Positions 1 through 11,604 are shown, numbered from the stretch's first letter. The stretch: 64,000 nucleotides of DNA from Bacteroidaceae bacterium (GCA_017516265.1 JAFXDL010000051.1:3477-67476); one strand, 5' to 3'. Program-made: numbers and translations. Notes: generated by a model not told the origin, from the letters alone.

Positions 1-1983
1 AAGGATGCGGTTGGTATCTTTGGTGGTGGATGTACGGGAGAAATCATTTCGGGTGAAGGTCTCATACTGACCAATCATCATTGTGGATATGCCTCCATCC
101 AACAACACAGCAGCGAGGAGCATGACTATCTCACCAACGGGTTCTGGGCCAAGAACCGCAGTGAAGAACTGGCTACTCCGGGACTGAAGTTTACGTTTGT
201 TGAAAAGATAGTGGATGTGACGGACTCTGTTCTTGCCTGTATCAGCCGTGGTGAAGCCACTGAACTGGAGGTACTCGGATATCCCTTCCTCGACCGTTTT
301 GCAGAACGTCAGATGGCTCAGAGCGAGTACGACGGTAAGGCGGGTATGGAGGTGGAATGTCTGCCTTTCTATGGTGGAAACCGCTACTACCTTTTTTATA
401 AAAAGGTTTACACTGATGTGCGTATGGTAGCTGCCCCACCCTCTTCCATCGGTAAGTTCGGTGGTGAGACGGATAACTGGATGTGGCCTCGTCATACGGG
501 AGATTTCAGCATCTTCCGCATCTATGCCGACAAGGATGGTGAACCTGCTGACTACAGTCCCGAGAACGTTCCGTTGAAGACTCCCAAGCATCTTACCATC
601 TCGCTATCGGGTATCCAGGAAGGCGACTATGCCATGATTATGGGTTTTCCCGGAAGTACCGAAAGGTTCCTCACACGCAGTCAGATACAACAGATGATGG
701 ATTGCGAGAATACGCCCCGCATACAGGTGCGTGAAGCTCGTCAGGAGGTGTTGAAAGCCGAGATGGCAGCCAGTCACAAAGTGCGTATCCAGTATGCCAG
801 CAAGTATGCACAGAGCAGCAACTACTGGAAGAACTCCATCGGTATGAACAAAGCCATCGTGGACAACCGCGTACGCGAAATGAAGAGTGAACAGGAAGCT
901 AGGTTTACCGAGTTTGCTGATGCAAGCGGACACACGGAATATCAGAGTGTGGTAAGCGATATTGACGGACTGATGGAGAGTAGTACCCAATGGCGCTATC
1001 TGAACACAGCCTTTGTAGAGACCTTCATGCGTGGCATCGAATTTGGAGCACCATACGTCATGCTGGACAGCTTGAAATCGGCTTTACAGAGAGGGAATAA
1101 GGATGCCGTAGAAAAGTGGTCAGAAGCCTTGCGAGGAGCCTTCCACAGCGTGCATAACAAGGACTATGACCACGATGTTGACCGAAAGGTAGCCAAGGTA
1201 CTTTTCCCCTTGTTTGAAGAGATGGCAAAGGGTGATATGCCATCGTTCTACGAAACCATCCGTAAGAAGTACAAAGGCAGTGTGGAGGCTTACGTGGATG
1301 CACTCTACGACAACTCCATCTTCAGCAGCGAGAAGAACCTCGAGAAGTTCCTGAAAAAGCCTACCGTAAAAGCCATCGAACGCGATTTGGCTAAGGCTTA
1401 CTCTGCCGGTAAGTGGGACTTCTACCACAAGATGCAGGACAGACTGCGGAGTACTGAAAACGAGCTTCAACTGCTTCACAAGACTTACGTGCGCGGTCTT
1501 TGCGAAATGTATGCACCTGTACCAAAGTCGCCCGATGCAAACTTCACCATCCGTCTCACCTATGGCAGTGTGGAACCTTACAGTCCTGCTGATGGAGTGC
1601 GTTACGACTACTTCACTACCCTCGAAGGTGTGATGCAGAAGGAAGATGCGGAGAATCCCGAATTCATTGTACCCGCGAAGCTGAAGCAACTGTACGAGCA
1701 GAAAGACTACGGACGCTATGCCATGAAGGATGGACGTATGCCGGTATGTTTCATCACCACCAACGATATTACGGGAGGAAACAGTGGAAGTCCCGTCATG
1801 GATGCTCACGGACGTCTCATCGGTTCGGCCTTTGATGGTAACTGGGAATCGCTCAGTGGCGACATCAACTTCGACAACGAAAAGCAGCGTTGCATAGTGG
1901 TGGACATCCGCTACATCCTCTTCATCCTCGACAAGTTAGGCGGATGTGGACATCTCATTGAGGAAATGACGATTAGCGAATGA
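1..1983 (+). CDS. S46 family dipeptidyl peptidase (DPP7-type), 5'-truncated by window edge
   Basis: Frame 1 is open from base 1 ([26 protein letters not shown]). It has the [11 protein letters not shown] motif and catalytic [15 protein letters not shown] has Gly at the S1 position as in DPP7, not Arg as in DPP11. Confidence 0.92.
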   Translation, partial: KDAVGIFGGGCTGEIISGEGLILTNHHCGYASIQQHSSEEHDYLTNGFWAKNRSEELATPGLKFTFVEKIVDVTDSVLACISRGEATELEVLGYPFLDRFAERQMAQSEYDGKAGMEVECLPFYGGNRYYLFYKKVYTDVRMVAAPPSSIGKFGGETDNWMWPRHTGDFSIFRIYADKDGEPADYSPENVPLKTPKHLTISLSGIQEGDYAMIMGFPGSTERFLTRSQIQQMMDCENTPRIQVREARQEVLKAEMAASHKVRIQYASKYAQSSNYWKNSIGMNKAIVDNRVREMKSEQEARFTEFADASGHTEYQSVVSDIDGLMESSTQWRYLNTAFVETFMRGIEFGAPYVMLDSLKSALQRGNKDAVEKWSEALRGAFHSVHNKDYDHDVDRKVAKVLFPLFEEMAKGDMPSFYETIRKKYKGSVEAYVDALYDNSIFSSEKNLEKFLKKPTVKAIERDLAKAYSAGKWDFYHKMQDRLRSTENELQLLHKTYVRGLCEMYAPVPKSPDANFTIRLTYGSVEPYSPADGVRYDYFTTLEGVMQKEDAENPEFIVPAKLKQLYEQKDYGRYAMKDGRMPVCFITTNDITGGNSGSPVMDAHGRLIGSAFDGNWESLSGDINFDNEKQRCIVVDIRYILFILDKLGGCGHLIEEMTISE

Positions 1984-2059
1984 AATAAGTGAAGAACACT
2001 GGAAAGTGAAGAACGAAGAGTGAAGAGTGAAGAATCAAAATGCTTTGCTCTTCATTTTT

Positions 2060-2427
2060 TTTAGGCACGGATGACACGGATGACACGGAGTTTGTTTTTG
2101 TTTAAGTTTTAAAGTATTTTCCTGTAGGGGCAATCCTTGTGGTTGCCCTTTTTTGTAATGTTGTACCTTGTTCAACATAAGTTCGGTATCAGGAGCAGAA
2201 GTAACTATAACTCCTCCCCTAAGTTAGGGGAGGTGGCCTTTAGGCCGGAGGAGTGTGTGTAATGTGTGTGTGTAAAGAATGCAAGTCTTTTATGACAGAC
2301 TCCCTCCCCCTTACGGGTACTCCCTCTAACTTAGAGGGAGAGTGTTAGTTACCACTGAACCTCATAGACTTACGCGTTGAACTTTGAACAAAATAATACC
2401 GTGTAATCCGTGTCATCCGTGCCTAAA
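2060..2427. repeat. Nested intergenic inverted-repeat (REP/MITE-like) cluster
   Basis: Outer IR TTTAGGCACGGATGACACGGATGACACGG (2060-2088) / CCGTGTAATCCGTGTCATCCGTGCCTAAA (2399-2427). GTAG-type hairpin at 2124-2149. Inner IR GTTCAACATAAGT (2170-2182) / ACTTACGCGTTGAAC (2368-2382). Palindromes at 2214-2232 and 2320-2340. Confidence 0.8.
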
Positions 2428-2429
2428 CC

Positions 2430-3818
2430 TTATTCCTCTTCCGCAAACATGGGGTCCCATGCAGGCAGACGGATGGGTTTTTGTTTGAGTACGTCCAGTA
2501 CTTTGGAAGGCACGTACTTGCGGTTTACTACCAGGCGGAACATGTATTCGTTGAACCATTCGTCAGTCATGATGAGATGTCCTTGGTAGCCCGAGGCAGC
2601 TCCCCAACTGTTTTCTACCATCCATTTCTTGAAGTTTCCTTCGGAGTCCACATCTACCGCCATCAACGTCATTGCATGCGATGAACCACTGTCAAACGTC
2701 TGTATGCGCTGCTTCTTGTCCATACCGAGGGTTATACCGAACAGCGACTCGTAGTCATAGTTGTCCATATCCAATGAACCACGTTTCGAGTCGAGCTGTT
2801 TGGCTACGTCGCATGAGAAGTACATCATGGTGCTGTCTTTGATGCTCTCAAAGGCCATCTGCTTGATTTCTTCGATGGGCAGGTTTACGTACAACCAGTT
2901 GTGTCCGTCATATACATGGCGGTCAAAGTCTATCTCATACACTTTCCAGTATTCGCGGCTGGGGTCGTTCATCAGCATGACGTAGTCTGCATTCAAGTCT
3001 TCACCAATCCACGTCTTGTAGAAACTTTGTGGAGTATATTTCTTCGGTTCGCCTATGGTTTTTCCTGTAGCATCCTTCGGAGCCCATACAAACTCCTTGA
3101 CGGGTTCACCCATTGAGAGTACGAGCATACGGTAAACCACTCCCAACATGTCAGTCTTCATGGTTTGCAACTCCTTCTTTCCTCCTTTAGCTTCGCGCAG
3201 TTGCAGGGCAAACTCGCGCAGCTTCTGTTTGATGATGGAGGTTACGCGTGCGGTGTTGTTCGTATTGAAGGTTTCGGGCATCACTTCTGCCGGTACTATA
3301 CCATATTTGGCTACGAGGTCGGCCACACCGGTGTATGTGCCACCATCGCTCAAAGGATGTTTCATGAGCCATTCAACCATCTGGTCAGTAAGCGGACTTT
3401 CACGTGTGTCGATGATACCTTGGAGGAAGAGGTTTGACTTCTCCAACTGGTCCCAGAAGAAGGAGTAACCTTGTGAAAACTCGCAACGCACCCAACCATG
3501 TTTTGCCATAGCTTTTGCGCGAAGTACGTTGAAACCGGTAAACAACCAGCAACGTCCGCTCTGCAACTGGTCTGTGATGCCTTTGGAGTTTACGCGATGA
3601 CTGAAGTGTGTGTCCAGTCCGCCTCGCAAGTTTTCCTGATTGAGAGCCAATGTACGCACATCGTTAGCAGTGATGGCATTCATCAAAGCACGGTCGGTGA
3701 CTGTACCTTTGTAGGCCGATGTAATCTGTTCCAGCATCTGTTCGTTGATGCCTCCCTGTTGTGCCATTGTACTGAGGCTGCAAGCCAAAAGGCTGCTGAG
3801 GATAATGTTTTTCTTCAT
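2430..3818 (-). CDS. pepC: Aminopeptidase C / bleomycin hydrolase (peptidase C1B), secreted
   Basis: Signal peptide. Catalytic motifs QSGRCW (Cys), SHAM (His) and ENSWG (Asn). C-terminal WDPM. Confidence 0.92.
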   Translation of the reverse strand: MKKNIILSSLLACSLSTMAQQGGINEQMLEQITSAYKGTVTDRALMNAITANDVRTLALNQENLRGGLDTHFSHRVNSKGITDQLQSGRCWLFTGFNVLRAKAMAKHGWVRCEFSQGYSFFWDQLEKSNLFLQGIIDTRESPLTDQMVEWLMKHPLSDGGTYTGVADLVAKYGIVPAEVMPETFNTNNTARVTSIIKQKLREFALQLREAKGGKKELQTMKTDMLGVVYRMLVLSMGEPVKEFVWAPKDATGKTIGEPKKYTPQSFYKTWIGEDLNADYVMLMNDPSREYWKVYEIDFDRHVYDGHNWLYVNLPIEEIKQMAFESIKDSTMMYFSCDVAKQLDSKRGSLDMDNYDYESLFGITLGMDKKQRIQTFDSGSSHAMTLMAVDVDSEGNFKKWMVENSWGAASGYQGHLIMTDEWFNEYMFRLVVNRKYVPSKVLDVLKQKPIRLPAWDPMFAEEE

Positions 3819-3897
3819 GTTTTCTTTTAGTTTTGATTTATTTATGTTTATACGTTTCTTTTGGGATTTACAGGAGGTTTTGGGGAGGGTAGAATTT

Positions 3898-4028
3898 TAG
3901 GAGTGTAGGAGTGTAGGAGTGACGCTTCGCTTAGGAGTGTAGACAATAGTTCTGCTAACTAACTAACCAACTACTAACTACCAACTACTAACTCACTAAC
4001 TCACCAACTCACCAACTACCAACTCACT
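3898..4028. repeat. Short-period tandem repeats (TAGGAGTG x3; AACTCACC/AACTACT arrays)
   Basis: Directly visible 7-8 nt period arrays between pepC and tamB. Confidence 0.75.
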
Positions 4029-4111
4029 CTTTTCCCCGGCAAAGAACGGCATAATTTTCCTTATGGCAAAATTAAGGGGGCTTAAATATTGGTAAAATAG
4101 AAAAATGTCAG

Positions 4112-4119
4112 TATCTTTG
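4112..4119 (+). promoter_or_regulatory. Bacteroidota sigma70 -7 box upstream of tamB
   Basis: TATCTTTG matches TAnnTTTG, 40 nt before GTG 4159. This supports 4159 rather than 4105 as the start. Confidence 0.65.
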
Positions 4120-4158
4120 CGCACATATCTACTGACAAAAAAGAAAAACAAGAATCGC

Positions 4159-7100
4159 GTGATTAAAAACATATTCAAGTTTCTGCGTGCCGTCATCATC
4201 ACCTTGGTTGTGCTGTATGGGCTGGTGGTAGTGCTTCTGCATATACCGGCAGTGCAGGAACAGCTGACGTTGGTGGCTCATCGCCAATTGAGTGCTTTGT
4301 TGGATACTCCTGTACAGATAGGCCATATCACTGTGGGCTATCCTGACAGAATCATTCTGGATGATGTGAAGATTGAAGACAAGCAAGGTAACCGCCTGTT
4401 ACAGACTGCCCGACTGAGTGCACGGTTTGAGTGGATGCCTTTGTTCCGTGACGGACGTATATCCATCCATACGGCTCAGATATTCGGTTTGCAAGCCGAG
4501 GTTAACCGCCAACATCCTGATGCTCCGCTGAATGTACAGTTCATCATTGACAAACTCTCTTCATCGGACGATACACCTTCGGAGAGTTCCTTGGACTTGC
4601 GTATCAACAGTTTGCAGATTCGTAGGTCAAGGGTGAAGTATGACGTCTTCTCGGAACCGGAGACTGACGGAGTATTCAATCCCAACCATATAGCTGTGGC
4701 AAACATCAATGCCAACATTTCGTTGAAAGCCTTGCATAGCGACTCCATAAACCTGCATGTCAAGCGGTTGGACTTCGAGGAACAAAGCTGTGGTTTCGCC
4801 CTTAAAGGACTGGAGGCACGTGTGAAAGGCGGACGCAGTGGTGTGCAGATGCAAGGTTTTGACTTGCAGTTACCACAGAGCCGGTTGAAGTTGGCATACT
4901 TGGACTTGCGTTTCATGAACGACAGTCTTCCCTTCAGCCAAGTGGATGTACAAGGTGGACTTCAAGAAGGCACTCATCTCACCTTGTCCGATGTTTCTCC
5001 TTTTGTTCCGGCTTTGAGTGGGTTTCATGACAAGATGTTGTTGGAGATACCTTCATTCAACTTCTCCGACGGATGTGCTGAGGTAGGTTCGCTGAAAGTC
5101 TGTTCACCCAAGAAGGAGTTGACGGTGGAACTTGCAGACATGAAACTGATTCTTCCCAAAGAAGATGTTGGTGGTGGCGAACCTTATGTACGAGCAGTAT
5201 TGAAAGAAATCACAGCCAATGAGTCCAGTGTGGCTTTCCTGATGAAGAACTTGGGTAAGGATATAGCGGGTGAAGACAAAGGCTTGTACGAAACCTTGAA
5301 ACCCCTGCAACCCTTGAAGATGACGGGTAAGGTGGAAGGTCCGTTGAGCGAACTGGAAGCTTCGGTAAACCTCATGACTGGATTGGGTAATGTGGAAGCC
5401 GATGCACTGTTGTCTGTTGACAAGAAAGGCCGCTTGGCTTCCTACAAAGGCGATGTGATGACACCAGGAGTGAACCTGCTTCCGCTGTTAGGCGAAAATG
5501 CCAAGTTGGGAAATGTGGCTATGGTACTCCACTTTGATGGTAATGTCCGGGACGATGTGCCTCAAGTGTATGTGAAAGGCATCCTCCCTACCCTCGAATA
5601 CAACGGATACCAATACCAGCACATCACGATGGATGGTGTCATCAGACCTTATACTTACGAAGGACTGTTGGCACTGGATGACCCTAACATCAGCTTCAAG
5701 GCTCACGGACATGCAGATATCATCAACCAGTGGCCCAGTGCGAACGTAGAAGTGGAGATACGTCATTTCCGTCCGCATGAACTTCAGTTGACGGAAGGCC
5801 GTGAAGGTATGGAATACTCGGCGCACTTGAAAGCAGACTTCAGTGGCGACTCTCCCGACAACCTGGTGTGTGATGTACTGGTTGACAGTCTTCTGACCAT
5901 CACTCCACAAGATACCTTCCTGATGGAGAAACTCGCTGTAAATGCCTACATTGCTGGCGAGGGATATCGTGTGATGCAGATTGAAGGTGACTTCATCCAT
6001 GCATTCATTGAAGGAGACATCGAGTTCAAGACGTTGGCCGACGAGATGCAGTACTTGGCTGCTTATCACCTTACCTCGTTGCAAGGAAACCAGCAACAAC
6101 AGGTGTACCGGAAGAAAGGTGTCACGAAACAGCGGTACAACAGGTTTGACATCGAACTGAAGCTGCTCAACAGCAAGTTCTACCCCTATGTGTTGGACAT
6201 ACCGCTGGTGATAAAACCCTCGTTGAGCATCAATGGACGTGTGGATGCTCCGCAAAACAGCATACAGCTGACAGGCAATGTGCACCACCTCATCTACGAT
6301 GGTGCCGAGTATGAAAGCGGAGTATTCCGATATGACCATAGCGAGGAAGAAAGTGTGGCAAAGGTCACAGTATCCAAACATCAGAAAGGAAACGACCGCA
6401 TGACTATGATGCTGAATGCCAATGCTGCAGATGACAGCCTCAGAGTGAAAGTCAGTTGGGGAAACCATACACCGGACACCTATGCAGGTACACTGGATGC
6501 TGACGTAACGTTTGACCGTCAGAAGTCGGGGAACCTCACTACACTCATCCATGTGAAACCATCTACCGTCATTGTCAACAACTCTGATTGGGATGTGGCC
6601 GAGTCAACCGTCAGAATAGATTCGGGATACGTTCATTTCCACAACTTCGGTGCAAGCAGCGAGACACAGCATCTCGCCATCAATGGTAGTCTGACAGACC
6701 GTCTTACCGACTCGTTGACCATAGACCTCAACCGCATGACAGTGGAGTATATCCTCGATGTGGTGCGTTTCAAGTCTGTTGACTTTGCAGGGTTGGCTAC
6801 GGGTAAAGTCTATGTCTGTGGAGCCTTGAACAAGGATATGCAGGCACATACAGCACTGCATGTCGAGAACTTCCACTTCAACCACGGACTGATGGGTGAT
6901 ATGGATGTCACGGGACGTTGGGACAAAGAGATTGGTATCCTCATCGATGCAGACATACGCGAAGCAGACGTAGCACAGACGACTGTCACCGGATTCGTAA
7001 GTCCCCAAAATGACAGTCTGGACCTCCGTATAGGTGCTGGAGGTACTAACCTTGCATTCCTCAACTCCTTCATAGGCGGTGTGTTGAAAGACATCAAAGG

Positions 7101-8652
7101 ACGTACTCGCGGTGACGTACACCTTTACGGACCCTTCAGTGCGTTGAATCTGATAGGCGATGTAGTAGCTACTGCCAGTTTCACACCACAACTGTTGGAC
7201 ACTCCCCTAACCTTGCAGGATGATACCGTAAGGCTGAGACAACGCTACATAGAACTGCCTTCTGCTACACTTCGTGACAAGGAGGGACATACAGCCAGAG
7301 TCAGTGGCAGACTGCATCATGACCACCTAAGCAACATGCAGTACAACTTTGACATATCCCTCAACCGCTTCCTCTTCTACAACACCTATGACTACGATGG
7401 CATGCCTTTCTACGGACAACTTTATGGTACGGGCGAAGCCACACTTTCTGGTGGAGGAAACCTCCTTAGCGTAGGTGGACAGATACGTACTGCACCAGGA
7501 ACCATCTTCTACTACGACCTTTCATCGCCCGAATCACTCACCGACAACAAGTTTGTCACCTTCGTCGATAAAACCATACGTCCCGAAAAGGTGGTGATTG
7601 ACAATCTCGACCTCTTCAACCGCAACACTACTGAAGAAGAGGTTGTGGAAGAAAGCGAACCCCTGCAAGTCATCATCGATATGAATGTTGACGCTACCAC
7701 CGATGCAGATGTCAGAGTAAAGATGGATAACCTCTCGGACTACAGCATCACAGCAAAAGGAGCAGGCGACATACAGATAAACTTCGATTCTGAAGGAGAA
7801 ACAAAGCTGAAAGGTTCGTACATCGTAGAGAACGGACAGTACAAACTCTCTATCCTGAACAACACCTTCCTCAAGGACTTCCAGCTTAAGGAAGGCAGCG
7901 AAATCCGATTTACTGGCAATGGTGGTGAAGCCGAACTGAATGTACAAGCAGTCTATACCGTACACTCTGCCTCGCTGACAGACCTCATTCCCGATGCTAC
8001 CTTCAACCAGAACTCCGTAAAGGTGGATTGTATCGTCAAGATGACAGGAAAACTGGATAGTCCAGACTTGGCTTACGACATAGACCTACCTACCGTCAAT
8101 GACGAGGAAAAACAGCTTGTCCGTTCAGCCATCAGTACTGAAGAACAGATGCAACGCCAGTTTGTATATCTATTGGGAGTAGGCAAGTTCTACACCTTCG
8201 ACTATGCATCCACCGAACGCGAACAGTCGAGCGATGCCGTCTCATCACTCCTCAGCACTACCCTCAGCGGACAGCTCAACAACCTGCTTTCGCAAGCACT
8301 CAATACCAGCAACTGGAACTTCTCCAGCAACTTCTCTACCGGACAAGAGGGATGGACCGACCTGGAAGTGGAAGGTATCCTTAGCGGACGAATGCTCAAC
8401 AACCGCCTCCTCGTCAACGGTAACATCGGTTATCGCGAAAACCAGATGCAGAGCAGCAACTTCATTGGTGACTTCGATGCCCAATACCAGCTTCTCCGTC
8501 GTTCACGAGTCCTCTGGTTGAAGGGATACAAGACTACCAACGACCGCTACTTTGCCAAGCAAGCGTTCAACACTTGGGGCCTCGGTTTCATCATGCGTCA
8601 TGAATTCAACAACAAACACGACTTCTTCCCATGGAGGAAGAAGAAAAAGTGA
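4159..8652 (+). CDS. tamB: Translocation/assembly module TamB (AsmA-like) protein
   Basis: About 1500 aa with an N-terminal TM anchor and a long beta-rich body. The C-terminus is DUF490-like (F.G....A.LNVQAVY, LSGQLNNLLSQ, RLLVNGNIGY). GTG start at 4159 is inferred from the promoter position. Confidence 0.85.
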   Translation: MIKNIFKFLRAVIITLVVLYGLVVVLLHIPAVQEQLTLVAHRQLSALLDTPVQIGHITVGYPDRIILDDVKIEDKQGNRLLQTARLSARFEWMPLFRDGRISIHTAQIFGLQAEVNRQHPDAPLNVQFIIDKLSSSDDTPSESSLDLRINSLQIRRSRVKYDVFSEPETDGVFNPNHIAVANINANISLKALHSDSINLHVKRLDFEEQSCGFALKGLEARVKGGRSGVQMQGFDLQLPQSRLKLAYLDLRFMNDSLPFSQVDVQGGLQEGTHLTLSDVSPFVPALSGFHDKMLLEIPSFNFSDGCAEVGSLKVCSPKKELTVELADMKLILPKEDVGGGEPYVRAVLKEITANESSVAFLMKNLGKDIAGEDKGLYETLKPLQPLKMTGKVEGPLSELEASVNLMTGLGNVEADALLSVDKKGRLASYKGDVMTPGVNLLPLLGENAKLGNVAMVLHFDGNVRDDVPQVYVKGILPTLEYNGYQYQHITMDGVIRPYTYEGLLALDDPNISFKAHGHADIINQWPSANVEVEIRHFRPHELQLTEGREGMEYSAHLKADFSGDSPDNLVCDVLVDSLLTITPQDTFLMEKLAVNAYIAGEGYRVMQIEGDFIHAFIEGDIEFKTLADEMQYLAAYHLTSLQGNQQQQVYRKKGVTKQRYNRFDIELKLLNSKFYPYVLDIPLVIKPSLSINGRVDAPQNSIQLTGNVHHLIYDGAEYESGVFRYDHSEEESVAKVTVSKHQKGNDRMTMMLNANAADDSLRVKVSWGNHTPDTYAGTLDADVTFDRQKSGNLTTLIHVKPSTVIVNNSDWDVAESTVRIDSGYVHFHNFGASSETQHLAINGSLTDRLTDSLTIDLNRMTVEYILDVVRFKSVDFAGLATGKVYVCGALNKDMQAHTALHVENFHFNHGLMGDMDVTGRWDKEIGILIDADIREADVAQTTVTGFVSPQNDSLDLRIGAGGTNLAFLNSFIGGVLKDIKGRTRGDVHLYGPFSALNLIGDVVATASFTPQLLDTPLTLQDDTVRLRQRYIELPSATLRDKEGHTARVSGRLHHDHLSNMQYNFDISLNRFLFYNTYDYDGMPFYGQLYGTGEATLSGGGNLLSVGGQIRTAPGTIFYYDLSSPESLTDNKFVTFVDKTIRPEKVVIDNLDLFNRNTTEEEVVEESEPLQVIIDMNVDATTDADVRVKMDNLSDYSITAKGAGDIQINFDSEGETKLKGSYIVENGQYKLSILNNTFLKDFQLKEGSEIRFTGNGGEAELNVQAVYTVHSASLTDLIPDATFNQNSVKVDCIVKMTGKLDSPDLAYDIDLPTVNDEEKQLVRSAISTEEQMQRQFVYLLGVGKFYTFDYASTEREQSSDAVSSLLSTTLSGQLNNLLSQALNTSNWNFSSNFSTGQEGWTDLEVEGILSGRMLNNRLLVNGNIGYRENQMQSSNFIGDFDAQYQLLRRSRVLWLKGYKTTNDRYFAKQAFNTWGLGFIMRHEFNNKHDFFPWRKKKK

Positions 8653-8722
8653 GATTAGTGAGTTGGTGAGATTAGTGAGTTGGTGAGTTAGTAGTTGGTG
8701 ATTTAGTAGTTGGTGATTTAGT
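8650..8722. repeat. GTGAGTTG/GTGAGATTA-type tandem array after tamB stop
   Basis: Visible 7-9 nt period array. A reverse-complement copy lies at ~9153-9190 and another copy at 14788-14835. Confidence 0.75.
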
Positions 8723-8732
8723 AAGAAAACGG

Positions 8733-8872
8733 CACATACATCCATGGGATGAACGATAAAGAGTCGGCACTTCTTTATAGAACAGGTGGCGCTTGAACGA
8801 TGTTCATCTACGGGATGAACAACATACAGTCGTAGAATGAATGACATTCAGTCATGGAATGAATGACATACC
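8733..8872. repeat. Dispersed element with 22-bp tandem units (copy 1)
   Basis: CATACATCCATGGGATGAACGATAAAGAGTCGGCACTTCTTTATAGAACA is identical to the 16762 region. It is followed by two GACATACAGTCATGGAATGAAT-like units. Confidence 0.85.
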
Positions 8873-9010
8873 TTTTCCTAACCCCGTAAAAGTCTCTCTT
8901 ACGTTTTTTTTCTTATAAAAAACTCCGTGTCTCCGTGTCTCTGTGTTCTGAAAATGGATTATAGCTTTTCGGACTGTTCCAAAATGAATTATTGGTGTTA
9001 TTCGGGTGGG

Positions 9011-9062
9011 AAAAATGAAAAACCCAACCACACATATGTTCTGAGATCTTGTGTGGTTGGGT
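9011..9062 (-). terminator. Rho-independent terminator downstream of proS
   Basis: ACCCAACCACACA / TGTGTGGTTGGGT stem followed by a T-run on the minus strand. Confidence 0.7.
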
Positions 9063-9192
9063 ACTACTCTACCCTAAGAGTCTATCCTACAAAACTTCAA
9101 AGTGAGGTTTTCTTCTTATTATTTCTTGCTGATTCGCTGATTTGTTGGTTTGCTAACTCACCAACTCACTAACTCACTAAAATCACCAAAAA

Positions 9193-10683
9193 TCAATAAG
9201 CTCGTGCAAAGAGTACGCGGCGTGCACTGGGTTTGCCAGTTACCATGCATGTACCTGGTGTGAGGCTTTCTTCGTCAGCTTCGAAGGGTATGCATCGGAT
9301 GGTAGCTTTTGTCTCTTCTTTGATGCGTTCTTCGGTTTCAGGTGTACCGTCCCAATGTGCAAGAATGAATCCGCCTTTTTCGATTTGTTCCTTGAACTGT
9401 TCGTAGGTATCTACTTTGACGGTATTCTCCTGGCGGTATTTCAGTGCTTTCTGGAAGATGTTCTCCTGTATTTCGTCGAGGAGGTTCTTTACGTATGCTT
9501 CGATGCCATCGCAGGAGATGGTTTGTTTCTCCAGTGTGTCACGACGCATGACTTCCATGGTGTTGTTTTCAAGGTCCCGACCTCCCATAACCAGTCTTAC
9601 GGGTACTCCCTTGAGTTCGTATTCTGCAAATTTGAATCCGGGACGTTTGTTGTCAGCATTGTCATACTTGACACTGATGCCCATGGCCTTGAGGTTTGCT
9701 ACGATGCCTTCAATCTTCTGGTTGATGGCTTCGAGCTGTTCTGCATTCTTGTAGATGGGTACGATGACTACCTGTATGGGTGCCAGTTTCGGTGGAAGCA
9801 CCAGTCCGTTATCATCGGAATGAGTCATGATGAGTGCTCCCATCAGTCTTGTAGATACTCCCCACGATGTAGCCCAAACGTATTGCAACTGGTTTTCTTT
9901 GTCAACGAACTGTACGTCGAAGGCTTTTGCAAAGTTTTGTCCGAGGAAGTGTGATGTTCCGCTTTGCAGTGCTTTTCCGTCTTGCATGAGTGCTTCGATG
10001 GTGTAGGTATCCAGTGCACCGGCAAATCGTTCGTTAGCGCTTTTCACACCTTTTATAACGGGTACTGCCATGTATTTTTCGGCAAAGTCTCCATAGACGT
10101 GAAGCATTCTCTGTGCTTCTTCTTCGGCTTCTTCACGGGTAGCATGTGCAGTGTGTCCTTCTTGCCAGAGGAACTCTGCTGTACGCAAGAATAGTCGTGT
10201 ACGCATCTCCCAACGCATGACGTTAGCCCATTGGTTGCAGAGGATAGGAAGGTCGCGGTATGACTGTATCCAGTTTTTGTACGTACTCCAGATGATGGTT
10301 TCTGAGGTAGGACGTATGATGAGTTCTTCTTCCAGTCGTGCTGCGGGATCTACTACTACTCCGCTTCCGTCAGGTGCATTTTTCAGTCGGTAGTGTGTCA
10401 CTACGGCACATTCTTTAGCGAAACCTTCCACGTGGTCTGCTTCGCGGCTGAGGTATGACTTTGGTATCAACAAGGGGAAGTATGCATTGACGTGTCCTGT
10501 TTCCTTGAACATGTCATCAAGTTGGCGTTGCATCTTTTCCCAGATGGCGTATCCGTAGGGTTTTATCACCATGCAACCTCGCACAGCACTTTGTTCAGCC
10601 AAGTCGGCTTTTACCACAAGGTCGTTGTACCATTGGCTGTAATTCTCACTGCGTTTTGTGAGTTCTTTCAGTTCTTTTGCCAT
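9193..10683 (-). CDS. proS: Proline--tRNA ligase (eukaryote/archaeal type)
   Basis: [53 protein letters not shown] and a C-terminal FARAY. Confidence 0.97.
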   Translation of the reverse strand: MAKELKELTKRSENYSQWYNDLVVKADLAEQSAVRGCMVIKPYGYAIWEKMQRQLDDMFKETGHVNAYFPLLIPKSYLSREADHVEGFAKECAVVTHYRLKNAPDGSGVVVDPAARLEEELIIRPTSETIIWSTYKNWIQSYRDLPILCNQWANVMRWEMRTRLFLRTAEFLWQEGHTAHATREEAEEEAQRMLHVYGDFAEKYMAVPVIKGVKSANERFAGALDTYTIEALMQDGKALQSGTSHFLGQNFAKAFDVQFVDKENQLQYVWATSWGVSTRLMGALIMTHSDDNGLVLPPKLAPIQVVIVPIYKNAEQLEAINQKIEGIVANLKAMGISVKYDNADNKRPGFKFAEYELKGVPVRLVMGGRDLENNTMEVMRRDTLEKQTISCDGIEAYVKNLLDEIQENIFQKALKYRQENTVKVDTYEQFKEQIEKGGFILAHWDGTPETEERIKEETKATIRCIPFEADEESLTPGTCMVTGKPSARRVLFARAY

Positions 10684-10923
10684 TGTTCTTTATATAATAT
10701 ATATAATGTATGTTTTTAAATAGACGTTGGAATCTCTATTGAGCTGCAAAATTACTAAAAAAACCGATTATTTGTGTAATTCCTGTAATTAAAATGGGTA
10801 TTTAAGCGACAAAACAACATTTTCTGTCGGTAAAATTCGCAAACTATTGAAACCTTTTCTTATATTTGCAGTCGAAAAAGAAAATATTCACATTTTTAAG
10901 AACAATAAAAAAATAGCAAGACA

Positions 10924-11604
10924 ATGAAAAAGATGAAATTCATGGCCCTGTTGGTGAGCGCAGCTCTCATGTTGGGCAGTTGCGGTATGAGCAACACTGC
11001 GAAAGGTGGTATGATTGGTGGTGGTAGCGGAGCTGCACTTGGTGCTTTGATTGGCCAGATTGCTGGTAAGAGTGGTAAGAGTACTGCTATTGGTGCTGCT
11101 ATAGGTACTGCCGTAGGTACTACAGCCGGTATTCTCATCGGTAAGAAGATGGATAAGGCCAAAGCTGCTGCTGAAGCTGTAGAGAATGCTCAGGTTGAGG
11201 GTGTTACTGATGCTAACGGTTTGCAGGCTGTGAAGGTTACTTTCGATAGCGGTATCCTCTTCGACTTGAACTCAAGCACATTGAAGTCTGCTGCCCGCAA
11301 TTCATTGACTGAGTTCTCTACCGTATTGAAGAACAACAACAATATGGACGTAGCCATCTTCGGTCATACTGACAAGACAGGTACTTTGGAGGTTAACCAG
11401 CGCATTTCGCTTCAGCGTGCACAGTCTGTACAGAACTTCCTGAAAGGCCAAGGTGTAGCTGCTGACCAGATGGTAACTGTTGAGGGTAAGGACTATCAGG
11501 AATACGACGATGCCAAGAGTGCAGCTGAAAACCGTCGTGTAGAAATCTACCTCTATGCTTCTAAGGAGATGATTGAAGCTGCCAACAACGGCACTCTCCA
11601 ATAA
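10924..11604 (+). CDS. OmpA-family lipoprotein with glycine zipper
   Basis: Lipobox LGSC, glycine-zipper GGGSGAALGALIG, and an OmpA C-domain (GHTD.TG, SLQRAQSV, ENRRVEI). -7 box TATATTTG at 10861. Confidence 0.9.
   Translation: MKKMKFMALLVSAALMLGSCGMSNTAKGGMIGGGSGAALGALIGQIAGKSGKSTAIGAAIGTAVGTTAGILIGKKMDKAKAAAEAVENAQVEGVTDANGLQAVKVTFDSGILFDLNSSTLKSAARNSLTEFSTVLKNNNNMDVAIFGHTDKTGTLEVNQRISLQRAQSVQNFLKGQGVAADQMVTVEGKDYQEYDDAKSAAENRRVEIYLYASKEMIEAANNGTLQ

Noticed and set aside
4105-4158. Upstream start extensions of tamB (also glnS 13001, methyltransferase 38177, HAD 50119, xpt 55870)
   Set aside because: The extensions overlap or lie too close to the -7 promoter boxes. Downstream starts fit the family N-termini better.
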